This document shows, piece after piece, positions 40,461-49,911 of a stretch of DNA of 64,000 nt. How positions within the stretch are numbered: position 1 is the first letter of the stretch; each line of letters begins with the position of its first letter. Position numbers and translations under genes: made by a program. Source of the stretch: an uncultured Gemmatimonadales bacterium. Lineage in GTDB: Bacteria > Gemmatimonadota > Gemmatimonadetes > Gemmatimonadales > GWC2-71-9. The notes beneath the pieces are model-generated. The model had not been told where the DNA came from. It saw nothing but the letters and a program-made list of their open reading frames with translations, and made no database searches. Location of the stretch: the NCBI GenBank assembly GCA_963798915.1, contig CAWCVB010000010.1:32001-96000 (forward strand), read 5' to 3'.

Positions 40461-43400
40461 TCAGAAATTGATCTCGACTCCCAGCCGCGCCCGACGGCCG
40501 GTGCCCAGGAAGGCGTTCTCGCCCAACCCGGTCAGGTAGCGCGCCTTCGGCAATCTTGCGCTGCTCGTCCAGCGAGAACAGGTGGTCGCCATTGCCCCAG
40601 CGCTCTTCCACGCGCCGCAGGTAGATGCAGCTCGGCACGCCGCCTTCGATCTGCGGTGGTGACGTAATTGGCACATCCAGCCACGCCCTGGCCACCAAAT
40701 TGAGGTCGATGTCGCCGGTAGCGTCGTTGTAGATCGCGTTGGCCGTAGCTTCGTCCTGCCAGTTACCCAGGGTGGACTGGATCGACCGCTCCTCATTCAG
40801 GTTGTCCACGATGTCATTGGTGTTGATGAACACGCGGAGGACATTCTTGAAATTGAACAGATTGTCAACCTGCAGGTAGGTCGTCAGGTCCATGCCACCC
40901 AGGCCAAAGCCCTTGGTGAGCTTGATGTCGAACTGCTTGAAGGCCGGCAGCCGTGCGGCGTTATAGCCGCCCACGAACTGGCTCTGGATGCCGCAGGCCT
41001 GACCCGAGAGCACGCCCAGATTATCGCTGGCCGGCGTGCACTTGGTATACGCGGTGCCACTGGCGTAGCGGAAGACGCTGAACAGCCCGACGTTCTGGAG
41101 GACCGTGCCCAGCGCCGTTCCATCATGCCAGTCGCCCGGGAAGTTCACGCTGAAGGCACCCGCCAGGCTGTGTGGCCGGCTCTCGTTCGTCGGCGCGATC
41201 GCCTGCGGCGGCGGCTGGTTGCCGCCCGACAGCGAATTGATGATGCGCGAGCCGAAATTGATATAGGTCAGCGGGTCCGACCCGGTGTTCTTGGCTGAGG
41301 CGTAGCTGTACGACACCGTGCCGTTGAAGATCTGGCCGATCCGACGGTCCAGCCGGACGTCCACGCCGCGCGTGTTGCCAAAGTCCTCATTGGTCAGCAC
41401 CCGCAGGTTGTTCGGGCGAGTTGTTGCGGGTCGGGTTGCGACGGCTGACAAGGCGGCCCGCGACGTCGGCCAGCTTGTCCTTGTTGTAGGCCGCCACGTC
41501 CAGCACCATGTCGTCGCTGAAGGCATGCCGGATGCCGAACTCGAAGAGCACCGTCTTGGCGAAATCGAGGTCGGTGCCGAACACGTTGTTCGTATTGCTG
41601 AGCGTCAGGTCGCTGAAGATGCTCGTCAGCATGGCGCCGAAGTCCGGCGTCTGCACCTGGTGTGCATAGGACAGGCGGAAATTGGTCTTCTCCGTCACCG
41701 GGAAGGCCACCTGCACGTGCGGGCTCAGGTACGAGTGACGCTGGTCGGGCAGGAAGGCCACCAGCGGCAGGTCCTGGCCATTGACGTTGAACGTCTGGCC
41801 CTCGGCCCCGTAGCTCGAGAGGGCCGGATACTGCTGATACTGCCCGAAGGTCGGATTGGCCGCGCCCAGTCCCGGAAAGCGTCTGGATCGTGTCCAGCGA
41901 ATAGGGCCGTTCTGCGCGCGTGTTGTATACGTCGTAGCGCAAGCCGCCGACCACGACGACGTCGCCCAGGTCGAGCCGGTCTTCCACGAAGGCGTTCCAG
42001 TAGATGGGCTTCTCGATGTAGGCATCGGAGAAGATCTGAGTCGTCAAGCTGTGGCCGTAGAGCGCTGTGTTGTACCAGGTATGCTCGCCGCCCAGCTTGA
42101 GCCGGTTGTAGCGGTCAAACTGCCAGTCAACATTGGCCAGGGCCCGGAGGCGGTTCTCCCGGTACATCCGGAGCGTGCCGGTGGGTCCACCGGTCTCGCT
42201 GCTGCCCAGCGTGCCGTAGCCGCTGTTGCGGTAGGTGTTGACCGTATTGTACTGGTCCACGCGCGGCCAGGTCATACGGCGACCGTCGGCTGCCCTGCCG
42301 GTTGAACTTGTAGTTGTTGATGAGCTCCGAGTCCAGCGGGAACGACTTGAAGTCAAACATGAATCCGAGCGGCTGCACCAGGAACCCACCGAAGTTGTCC
42401 TGCGGTGGCCAGCGCGCTCTCGGGGGTGAGCGGTCCCTGCAATCCCCGATCCTGCTGATAGGAAAGGCTGGCATCGAGAGCCAGGGCGCGTTCAGCCGAC
42501 TTGGACAGGTTCTGGGTCCAGTTCATCTGGTAGACCCGGCTCCAGTTACGAAGCCCAAACAGATTGGACGGGTTGGAGTTGAGCGTGATCCCGTTCCGGC
42601 TCTGGCTCTGGCTACCAATGAACAACAGCGCGATGCGCGAGCCCACGCCGAAGCTGTAGTTCAGCTTGCCCTGCACGCCGTAATTGGACGACACATTACG
42701 GGAATTGCGGGCCCCGTTGCAGGACACACCGTAATTGTCGGCAATGTCAGGGTTGGTGCTGCCGGCAAACTGCTCGCACGTGCCCTGGTCCACCGCCAGG
42801 TTATACACATCCACGTACGACGTGTCGGACGTCTGGCTGCCCGGCGAAAGCGGCACCGCCACGGTGGTGTCAATGCCGGCGTACCGGAAGTTCGGATACA
42901 GTTGGGCATTCCGCCCGCCGAAGCCGTACCGGTTGCCTTCCAGGGTGCCTGACAGGTAGAACGTCAGGTCGCCCATCAGCGGGCCGCCGAGGGCGGCATT
43001 GATGCGGTTGAATCCGGTGCTGCTGGTGTTGGCGAACGGTTCGTCCGTCTCCCAGCCCAGGTGGCCACTAAACGAGGAGCCGCCGGTCTTGGTGACGATG
43101 TTCAGGATGCCGGACTGTGCGTTGCCATACTGCGACGAGCTGGCGCCAGTGGTGATCGATGCTTCTTCAAAGTCTCCCTTGCCGAAGTCAATCGAGTTGC
43201 CACTGACGTTCGAATTGGTGACCGTGCCACGGTTGCCTGGCGAGACCGGTACGCCATCGATATAGGTGGCCGCCTCGTCTGGCCGGCCGCCGCGAATGCT
43301 CAGCGTATTGCCACTGGCGCTCGCCACCACGCCCGGCTGCAACGCCAGGGCCTGGTTGATGCGATCCACCGGCAACGCCGCCGTGAAGTCGCCGCTGATC

Positions 43401-43825
43401 CGCTGCTTGGTCGTGACTTCGTCACGGGGCACCAGCGGCTGCGTGGTGGCGACGGTGATGTCGGGCAGTTCAACTGTCGTGGCCGGGAGGCTGAAGTCCT
43501 GCGTCAGCGTCTGGCCGGACAGGACACGCACGCCCTCCGTGCGCATGGCCCGGTAGCCGATGAACGCGGCACGCATGGCGTAGGTGCCGGAGGGCACGTT
43601 GTTAATGAAGTAATACCCCTGCGGGTTGGTGAGCGCGGAGAACGCAGTGCCGACGATCGTCACGGACGCGTTAGCGATGGGCGCGCCCGCCTCATCGTTA
43701 ACCCGGCCCTCGACCTTGCCAGTTGCCTGGGCCTGGAGCGCTGATGCGCCCACCACCAGAGCAACTGCGGCAAATGCGAACGTACGCGCTGCGCGAGCGA
43801 AGGCCCTGACACAGCTTTGCTTCAT
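40461..43825 (-). CDS. TonB-dependent receptor with carboxypeptidase-regulatory N-domain (multiple frameshifts)
   Basis: Signal LQA-Q, G.Y.I.NVP.GTY, L.LQPGV, IRGGR..E...YIDG, YGNAQSG..N..TK.G, SP...AFPV and C-terminal RLGVEINF. Confidence 0.9.
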
Positions 43826-44233
43826 GGAAACGTCCTCCAAAGGCGTGAACCTGCTTGGTACTGCCAGCTTGGAGCGGGGGAAGGCCTCCCCCTGCGGGCA
43901 CAACTACATCATGGGCCGCCAGCGAGAGCTGACGGACAGTATGTACCGGCGGATTGTTGAGACCGTGGCCGAATGCAAACTGTTGATGCCTTTAGAAATG
44001 CCAGAACGGAGTCCGGTCCGAAATGACCGGTCAGCTAATATGAAACGCGCCGGAACGCGTGTCAAGCAATTGTCACGGCCCATGCTCCGGTTCGTGACGT
44101 CCGCGTAACCCGCTGCAACTAGCCCGGTTACCCTCTGGAACGGAAGGCCGACCGGGGGGACCGGCTCCCGCACGGCAAGTCGAAGCGACTCACCTGAACT
44201 GCATCGTGCAACGCAAATGATTGCCTAGACTAA

Positions 44234-44249
44234 CGTGATTCAGGTCACT
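44234..44249. promoter_or_regulatory. Possible CRP/FNR-family box
   Basis: cGTGA-ttcagg-TCACt, an 8/10 match to TGTGA-N6-TCACA, in the gap upstream of the TonB receptor operon. Confidence 0.3.
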
Positions 44250-44288
44250 TGGAAAGGGGTCGATTTGGGCCAGGCCGCCGGCCCGGTG

Positions 44289-45456
44289 TCAACCGGACCT
44301 GATAATCAACATCTGCTGAGGTTGCTCGGGCGTCACCACCGGCCCATTCTGACCCCAGTACATGTTGACCTCGCTGCGCATCCCGAATTCGCCGGCAAGG
44401 TAGATCCCGGGTTCCACCGAAAAACCGACGCCCGGCATCAGCAGCCGGTCGTCATGGGTTTCATAGTCGTCCAGGTGCGGACCGCTGCCGTGAAGGTCCC
44501 GGTCAATCGAGTGTCCCGTCCTGTGGACGAAGGATTCGCCAAACCCAGCTGCCTCAATGACTTCGCGCGCGGCGCGATCTCCGTCAGCCCCCCGCACCTC
44601 ACCGCCTTCACGGGCCCGCTCCTGGATCATGCGCGCACGCCGCATCCCGGGCCCGCCGCACCGTGTCCCAGACCCGGACCACCCGCTCAGGTGGGGTGAC
44701 CCCTGAAAACCCCATCCAGGTCTGGTCGGCGAAAACCGTATCCAGTGACTTGCCTGCCCACAAGTCGAGGAGAATGACCTGATTGGGATCCAGGGTCAGG
44801 TCCTTGCCGGCAACCGGCTCGTAATGGGGATTGGCCGCATTCGGGCCAAAGCCGACGATGGGCGGATGATCAAAGACCAGCCCTGCGGCATGGATCGCCC
44901 TGACGACTCGCTCCTGGAGCGCACTCTCGGTGAGCCCGGTGCCCGGCTGCTCCACCGCCCAGCCGAGGGCTTCATTGGCCACCTTCCTGAGCACCGCCGC
45001 TGCAAAACGGTGATCCTCCAGCTCGGTCTGGCTCCACCTGGCCGCCATTGATGTCACCAATTCGCCCGATGGTACGATGGTGGCGCCGAGGCGGGTGAGG
45101 AGCTGCACCACACCCCAGGGGACCCGGTCCAGGTACGGCACGGCGTCGTCCGGAGAGATCTCCATCGCCAGCGTCTTGCCTGCCACGATCGTGCGAAGCG
45201 CGTCGTGCAGCTCCTCCCATCGGGCGTAGGGCATCACGATGCCTTCAAAATCGGCAAACGGCTGCAGCTCGATCCGGTGCACGATCGCGACCGGGTCCCC
45301 TTCGCGGGGAAGCAGAACGAAGAGCCGCCTGGTGCCCATCCCCGAGATGCCCAGGACCCGGGAAACCACCGGGTTCACCCCGTGAAAGTCGAACAGCAGC
45401 CAGCCGTCGGCCCCGGCGCGCTGCAACCCGGCAGCCAGCGCTTCGCGATCGATCAT
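44289..45456 (-). CDS. M24 family metallopeptidase (Xaa-Pro aminopeptidase-like; frameshift near 44630)
   Basis: PHY, LDLW, ADQT, HRTGHSI, FSVEPGIY and G.RSE metal-binding motifs. Confidence 0.92.
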
Positions 45457-46055
45457 TCGTAGTCCTCCACCGGCGCTCCACGCCAGACACAGTCGGGGTC
45501 GCCCCGGCCCCGGCAGGCGACATGATACAGGACGCCTTCGAAGCCGGCGATGAGTCGAAGCAGTTCGCTGAAGGACGCTCCATAGAACCCGCAGGCTTCA
45601 CCGCCCGGACAGGCGCGAATCGACAGCGGGTCGCCCAGCCGCACTTCGGCTTCGGCCTCCGGAAACCGAAGCTCGGCTCCGAAGGTTTCTTTCATGATGG
45701 CGGCGGCTCCGCGCCTCGCCGCGGGACCGCCCAGCCGGGCACGTGCACGAGCGAATGACGAGGCCGCTTCGTAGCGCGCGGCCCGACGTCCCGCATCGGC
45801 AAACACCAGATCCGCGTCCGGCCGGCGTCCCACGAGGCGGAAGACGCTGACCGCCTCCTCCACCTCCACCCGCTCGGCGCGCGTGACCTGTTCCTGGTAA
45901 CGGCGGATCTGGGCAGCCACCGTGCCCGAGAGTCCCAGGCGCCGGGCGCCGAGTTCGGGCGAAATATCGCTGAGACCGTCCGCCAGCGGCGTGTCGAGGT
46001 TGCGAATGGCTTCCAGCAGGCTGAGCGGAACGGCAGCGGGAACGTCCGACGGCAT
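45453..46055 (-). CDS. Hypothetical protein with V4R-like C-terminal Cys motif
   Basis: C.FY...F..L and H..CR.RGD..C.W pattern; ATGA-coupled to the M24 gene. Confidence 0.7.
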   Translation of the reverse strand: MPSDVPAAVPLSLLEAIRNLDTPLADGLSDISPELGARRLGLSGTVAAQIRRYQEQVTRAERVEVEEAVSVFRLVGRRPDADLVFADAGRRAARYEAASSFARARARLGGPAARRGAAAIMKETFGAELRFPEAEAEVRLGDPLSIRACPGGEACGFYGASFSELLRLIAGFEGVLYHVACRGRGDPDCVWRGAPVEDYE

Positions 46056-46107
46056 CGCGCGTGACGGCGTCAGGGGAACTCCGGCGCTGAGAGAGACGGT
46101 TGGAAGA

Positions 46108-46206
46108 CTAGACGGCTAGACGGCTAGACGGCTAGACGGCTAGACGGCTAGACGGCTAGACGCGGGAAAATTAACCGGCTAACCCACCAGCCGTCTAACC
46201 GTCTAC
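46108..46206. repeat. (CTAGACGG)x~7 tandem array plus short inverted copy
   Basis: Six full units plus a 7/8 unit at 46108-46162; reverse-complement units at 46187-46206. Confidence 0.9.
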
Positions 46207-46215
46207 TTTTCCCGC

Positions 46216-46785
46216 ATGACTACTTCGACGGGTAACGAACGGACCGCGTTCGAGCAGGAAGCGCTGGCTCACCTCGACACGCTCTACCGGGCCGCGCTGC
46301 GGTTCACCGGGGATCCCAGCCGGGCCGAAGATCTGGTACAGGACACCATGTTGCGGGCGTTCAGGGCATGGACCAGCTACCGTGCGGGTTCCAACGCCCG
46401 CGCGTGGCTGCTGACCATCCTCCGCAACACGTTCATCAACGACTACCGGCGGTCCCGCCGCGAACCGGTGGCAATGGACCTGGACATTGCGGAATCGCTG
46501 GCGTTGCCAGACCCCGCGCGCGACAGCGATCCGGAAGGAGATTTCTTCTCCCGGATCGTTGACCAGAAGGTGCTCGATGCCGTTGACCATCTTCCCGTCG
46601 AATTCCGGGAAGTGCTGGTGTTGAGCGATATGGAAGGCCTTGCCTACGCCGACATCGCCGCCATGCTGGACATCCCGGTCGGTACTGTCAAGTCGCGGCT
46701 GTTCCGGGCACGGCGCCAGTTGCAGCGGGTGCTCTACGACCACGCGGTCGAGATGGGCTACATCCGCGCGAGGGAAGAGGTATGA
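46216..46785 (+). CDS. ECF sigma-70 factor (SigR/SigH-like)
   Basis: LY..A.R......AEDLVQDT..RA, AWL.TIL.NTFIN.YR, LP.EFR...L.D.EG..Y and GTVKSRLFRAR. Confidence 0.95.
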   Translation: MTTSTGNERTAFEQEALAHLDTLYRAALRFTGDPSRAEDLVQDTMLRAFRAWTSYRAGSNARAWLLTILRNTFINDYRRSRREPVAMDLDIAESLALPDPARDSDPEGDFFSRIVDQKVLDAVDHLPVEFREVLVLSDMEGLAYADIAAMLDIPVGTVKSRLFRARRQLQRVLYDHAVEMGYIRAREEV

Positions 46786-47033
46786 GCGAGGAACGAGTCA
46801 ACTGCCGTGAGGCGCTGGAGCAGCTGCAGGATTACCTGCATCGCGAGGCGACGCCCGAGCTGGCCCGGCAGATCGAGCACCACCTGAAGGTGTGCGCGCC
46901 CTGCCTGAGCCATGCCCGCTTCGAGGAAAATTTCCAGGCGCTGCTGGGCGCCACGGCTTCCGAAATCCGCTGTCCCGACACGCTGCGCCAGCGTATCTGC
47001 GAAGCCCTCCGGCGCGCGAGCAACGAGGGCTGA
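46782..47033 (+). CDS. zf-HC2 (ZAS) anti-sigma factor, RsrA/RshA-like
   Basis: N-terminal Cys, HLKVCAPC (HxxxCxxC) and P..LR.RI; no TM; ATGA overlap with the sigma gene. Confidence 0.92.
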   Translation: MSEERVNCREALEQLQDYLHREATPELARQIEHHLKVCAPCLSHARFEENFQALLGATASEIRCPDTLRQRICEALRRASNEG

Positions 47034-47818
47034 TGAGCCCGCCGGCCGCCGTCGCCGCGGCCGGCGCCCTGGCCCTGGTCTCCGCACGGCTCCGCCTGCT
47101 GACCACCGGCGGAGGGGTCGCAGCGTTCGTGGTGGGCCTGCTCGTGCTGCTGTCGACCGGCTGGGTGGGCGGCGCGGTCCTGCTCGCCTTCTTCGTTCCT
47201 GCCAGCCTGGTGTCCCACCTTGGCCGGCCTCCGGCCGCGGGTCTCGATCCCAAGGGAGAGCAGCGCGGCGCCGTGCAGGTGCTGGCCAATGGGCTGGCTC
47301 CCGCTGCCGGTAGCACTCTGGCTGCACTGAGCGGCGCGCCTCAGCTGGCCTGGGTGATGCTCGTCACGGGCCTGGCAGTCGCCGCAGCGGATACATGGGG
47401 CACAGCCCTGGGGAGCTGGAGTCGCCGACCTCCGCGCCGCCTGCACGATTGGCGCCGTGTGCCACGGGGCGCGAGTGGCGGCGTCTCCGCGATGGGCTCC
47501 GCCGGTGCTCTGGCTGGCGCCACTCTCGTCGGGCTGGCCGGCACACTGGGGCCGCCGGGCCAGCCGGTCCTGGCGGCCGTTATCATTGGCATGGCAGGCA
47601 TGTTCCTGGACGCCATCCTGGGTGGAGCGGCGCAGGGGCGGTTCCATTGTTCGCGCTGCGACCTGCCGAGCGAATGGGCTCGGCACCGTTGCGGAGCGGA
47701 CACTCTTCACGTGGGAGGAATCCGATGGCTCAACAACGATGCCGTGAACGCCATCGCAACGGCGGTGGGCACGGCGGCCGGCATCGGCTGGTGGGTGCTG
47801 TCCGCGCGTTGGCCGTGA
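47033..47818 (+). CDS. DUF92 (TMEM19) family membrane protein
   Basis: R...QVLANG, ADTW...LG, G.SGGVS..G, D..LG...Q, C..C...H.C and NND.VN. Confidence 0.88.
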   Translation: MSPPAAVAAAGALALVSARLRLLTTGGGVAAFVVGLLVLLSTGWVGGAVLLAFFVPASLVSHLGRPPAAGLDPKGEQRGAVQVLANGLAPAAGSTLAALSGAPQLAWVMLVTGLAVAAADTWGTALGSWSRRPPRRLHDWRRVPRGASGGVSAMGSAGALAGATLVGLAGTLGPPGQPVLAAVIIGMAGMFLDAILGGAAQGRFHCSRCDLPSEWARHRCGADTLHVGGIRWLNNDAVNAIATAVGTAAGIGWWVLSARWP

Positions 47819-48231
47819 TGGTGCTGGCCGCCTGCAGTTCACCCGAGACAACCGCCCCGTCGCAGCAGGCTCCGCCGCTGGATTTTCCGGCCGGGAGCTC
47901 CGGCGGCGGACAGGTCAATGAAACGTCGGCACTGGTCGGCACCTGGCAGAGATTTGACGTGTTCTCGCCCGATAGCGGCGACGACCTCGTCACCCAGACC
48001 ACTCAGTGGCAGTTCGATGCCGCCGGCGGCTGCCAGCGCGTGATCACGACAACGTCTGCCGTGGAAGGAATTCCTCGCACCACTATCCGGGATTGCACTT
48101 TCACCCTCGGCGTCCAGGAGATCACCTTGAGCTGGAGTGATGGCGCCGTGCAGACCTTCACGCTCACCTTCGCCGCCTTCGACCCCGACCGGCTGGTCCT
48201 GGATGGCTTCGAGTATCAACGACTCAGCTGA
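47791..48231 (+). CDS. Lipoprotein, lipocalin-like beta-barrel
   Basis: Lipobox LAAC, LVGTW motif, C-terminal Y.R; start uncertain (47791 or 47818). Confidence 0.65.
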   Translation: MGAVRALAVMVLAACSSPETTAPSQQAPPLDFPAGSSGGGQVNETSALVGTWQRFDVFSPDSGDDLVTQTTQWQFDAAGGCQRVITTTSAVEGIPRTTIRDCTFTLGVQEITLSWSDGAVQTFTLTFAAFDPDRLVLDGFEYQRLS

Positions 48232-49426
48232 TGTCCTGATTGTCGGGGCCGGTCCGGCCGGTGCCGCCAGCGCCATCCTGCTCGCGCGCGCCGGCTGCCG
48301 GGTCGCCCTGGTGGACCGCGCCCACTTCCCGCGTCCAAAGCCCTGTTCCGAATTCATCAGTCCTGAGGGTGCCCGGGTGCTGGACCGCCTGGGTGTCCTC
48401 GAGACACTGGAGCAAGGCGACGCGGGGCAGCTCGATGGCGTCACCGTGCACGCCCCGGGCGGCAGCCGGCTCACCGGCCTGTTTGCGCAGGCCGCCGTCC
48501 TGCCCTGGCGCGGCTCGGGTCTGAGCATCCGCCGTACGCTGCTGGATACTGCCCTGGTGGACGCTGCCCGGCGGGAAGGAGTTGCCGTCAGCGAAGGTCT
48601 GGCCTGCACGCATCTGCTGCACACCGGCGGCGCGGTCTCCGGGGCGAGCTTTCGTGACGCTGCTGGAGAGGAGCACCAGATCCGCGCCCGCCTGACCGTC
48701 GGGGCGGATGGCCTGCGCTCCCGTGTGTCGCGTGGCATTGGCTTGACCCGGCGCGGCCGGTTACGCCGCTACGCCTTCACCACCCATATGCGCCACGTGC
48801 GAGTGACTCCAGGACAGGCCGAGATGTTCGTCTGGGGCGATGGCTACGGCGGCATCAATGCGGTTGGCGGTGGGCTCACAAACGTGGCGCTGGTGGTCCG
48901 AGCCGAGGCGGCGGCGGTTGCGCGCGGTAATCCGGCCGGATTTCTCGAAGCGCAGTGCCGGCGCGATCCACGCCTGCGTGCGCGGCTCGAGGACGCGGTC
49001 GTCGCCGCTCCCGTCTTCGCCACGGGACCGTTTGACGTCAGTGCCACCCGGGTGACGGCGGACGGGGCTGTACTCGTGGGTGACGCCGCCGACTTTCTCG
49101 ATCCATTCACCGGCGATGGAATTGTCAGCGCATTGCGCGGCGCAGAATTCCTGGCGGCTGTCGTTCCGGCCGCGCTGGATGGCACCGGCAGTGTACGCGC
49201 GAGCCAGCTCGAGCCCTACCGCCGGGCCCGTCGCGCCTTCATCGGCAAGCGCACCGTCGCCCGCCTCATTGCACACGCGATGAACTTTCCCTGGCTGTTC
49301 GACCGGCTGGTCGCCCGCCTCGGCGGTCGCGCGAACATGGCACACACCCTGGTGGGCGTGACGGGAGAGTTCGTCCCGGCGTGCGCCGTACTGAACCCTG
49401 CCTTCCTCGGGCGCCTGGTCTTCTGA
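48203..49426 (+). CDS. NAD(P)/FAD-dependent oxidoreductase (geranylgeranyl reductase/halogenase-like family)
   Basis: DVLIVGAGPAG, FPR.KPC, R..LD..L, GADG..S and VGDAA.F.DPFTG.GI..A. Confidence 0.9.
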   Translation: MASSINDSADVLIVGAGPAGAASAILLARAGCRVALVDRAHFPRPKPCSEFISPEGARVLDRLGVLETLEQGDAGQLDGVTVHAPGGSRLTGLFAQAAVLPWRGSGLSIRRTLLDTALVDAARREGVAVSEGLACTHLLHTGGAVSGASFRDAAGEEHQIRARLTVGADGLRSRVSRGIGLTRRGRLRRYAFTTHMRHVRVTPGQAEMFVWGDGYGGINAVGGGLTNVALVVRAEAAAVARGNPAGFLEAQCRRDPRLRARLEDAVVAAPVFATGPFDVSATRVTADGAVLVGDAADFLDPFTGDGIVSALRGAEFLAAVVPAALDGTGSVRASQLEPYRRARRAFIGKRTVARLIAHAMNFPWLFDRLVARLGGRANMAHTLVGVTGEFVPACAVLNPAFLGRLVF

Positions 49427-49911
49427 TGACGCCACCTCCCGACGCCAGCCCGTCGCTCTTCCGCGAGTTGCTCGGCCGCTTTGCGACCGGCGTCACCGTC
49501 ATCACCGCCACGAGCGACGACGGTGCGCCGCGCGGGATGACGGCAAGCAGCCTGGCCTCCGTGTCCCTCATTCCGCCGTTGATTTCCGTCTGCATCGAAC
49601 ATGACGCCGACCTGCACGACCTGCTGCATCAGGCGCCGCGATTTGCCCTGAACATCCTCGCCGAGGACCAGGAGGAGCTGTCCCGCCGGTTTGCCGGCTC
49701 GCAGCTGGCATCGTTTGATGGCGTGGGCTATCACACCAGCGAGAACGGCCAGATTCTCCTGGATGGCGCCGTGGCGCACATCGAGTGCGAGCAGACGGCG
49801 GCGCACGATGCGGGCGACCACACCATACTGATCGGCCGGGTGATCGGCGGCGGGGCGCGCGATGCCCGGCCCCTGCTCTACTTCCGCGGCGGATACGCCT
49901 CGCTCGGCTGA
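49426..49911 (+). CDS. Flavin reductase family protein
   Basis: FR..LG.FATGVTVIT, SVSL.PP, GDH.I.IG.V and PLLY.RG.Y. Confidence 0.95.
   Translation: MTPPPDASPSLFRELLGRFATGVTVITATSDDGAPRGMTASSLASVSLIPPLISVCIEHDADLHDLLHQAPRFALNILAEDQEELSRRFAGSQLASFDGVGYHTSENGQILLDGAVAHIECEQTAAHDAGDHTILIGRVIGGGARDARPLLYFRGGYASLG

Noticed and set aside
39130..41526. 798-aa ORF that appears to fuse a TonB receptor C-terminus with the next secreted protein
   Set aside because: Frameshift artefact. The receptor's true end (RLGVEINF*, 40461) is in another frame, and the second protein has its own RBS, ATG (40377) and signal peptide.
43826..44288. Cobalamin or TPP riboswitch ahead of the TonB receptor
   Set aside because: No B12-box or TPP consensus is recognisable by eye; an Rfam scan would be needed.
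46108..46162. Possible CRISPR array (also 8364-8418 and 53141-53182)
   Set aside because: Units are 7-18 bp and contiguous, with no unique spacers and no cas genes.
48203..49911. Flavin-dependent halogenase plus reductase pair
   Set aside because: The canonical WxWxIP motif is not present (FVWGDGYGGI instead), so the enzyme is left as a generic FAD oxidoreductase.
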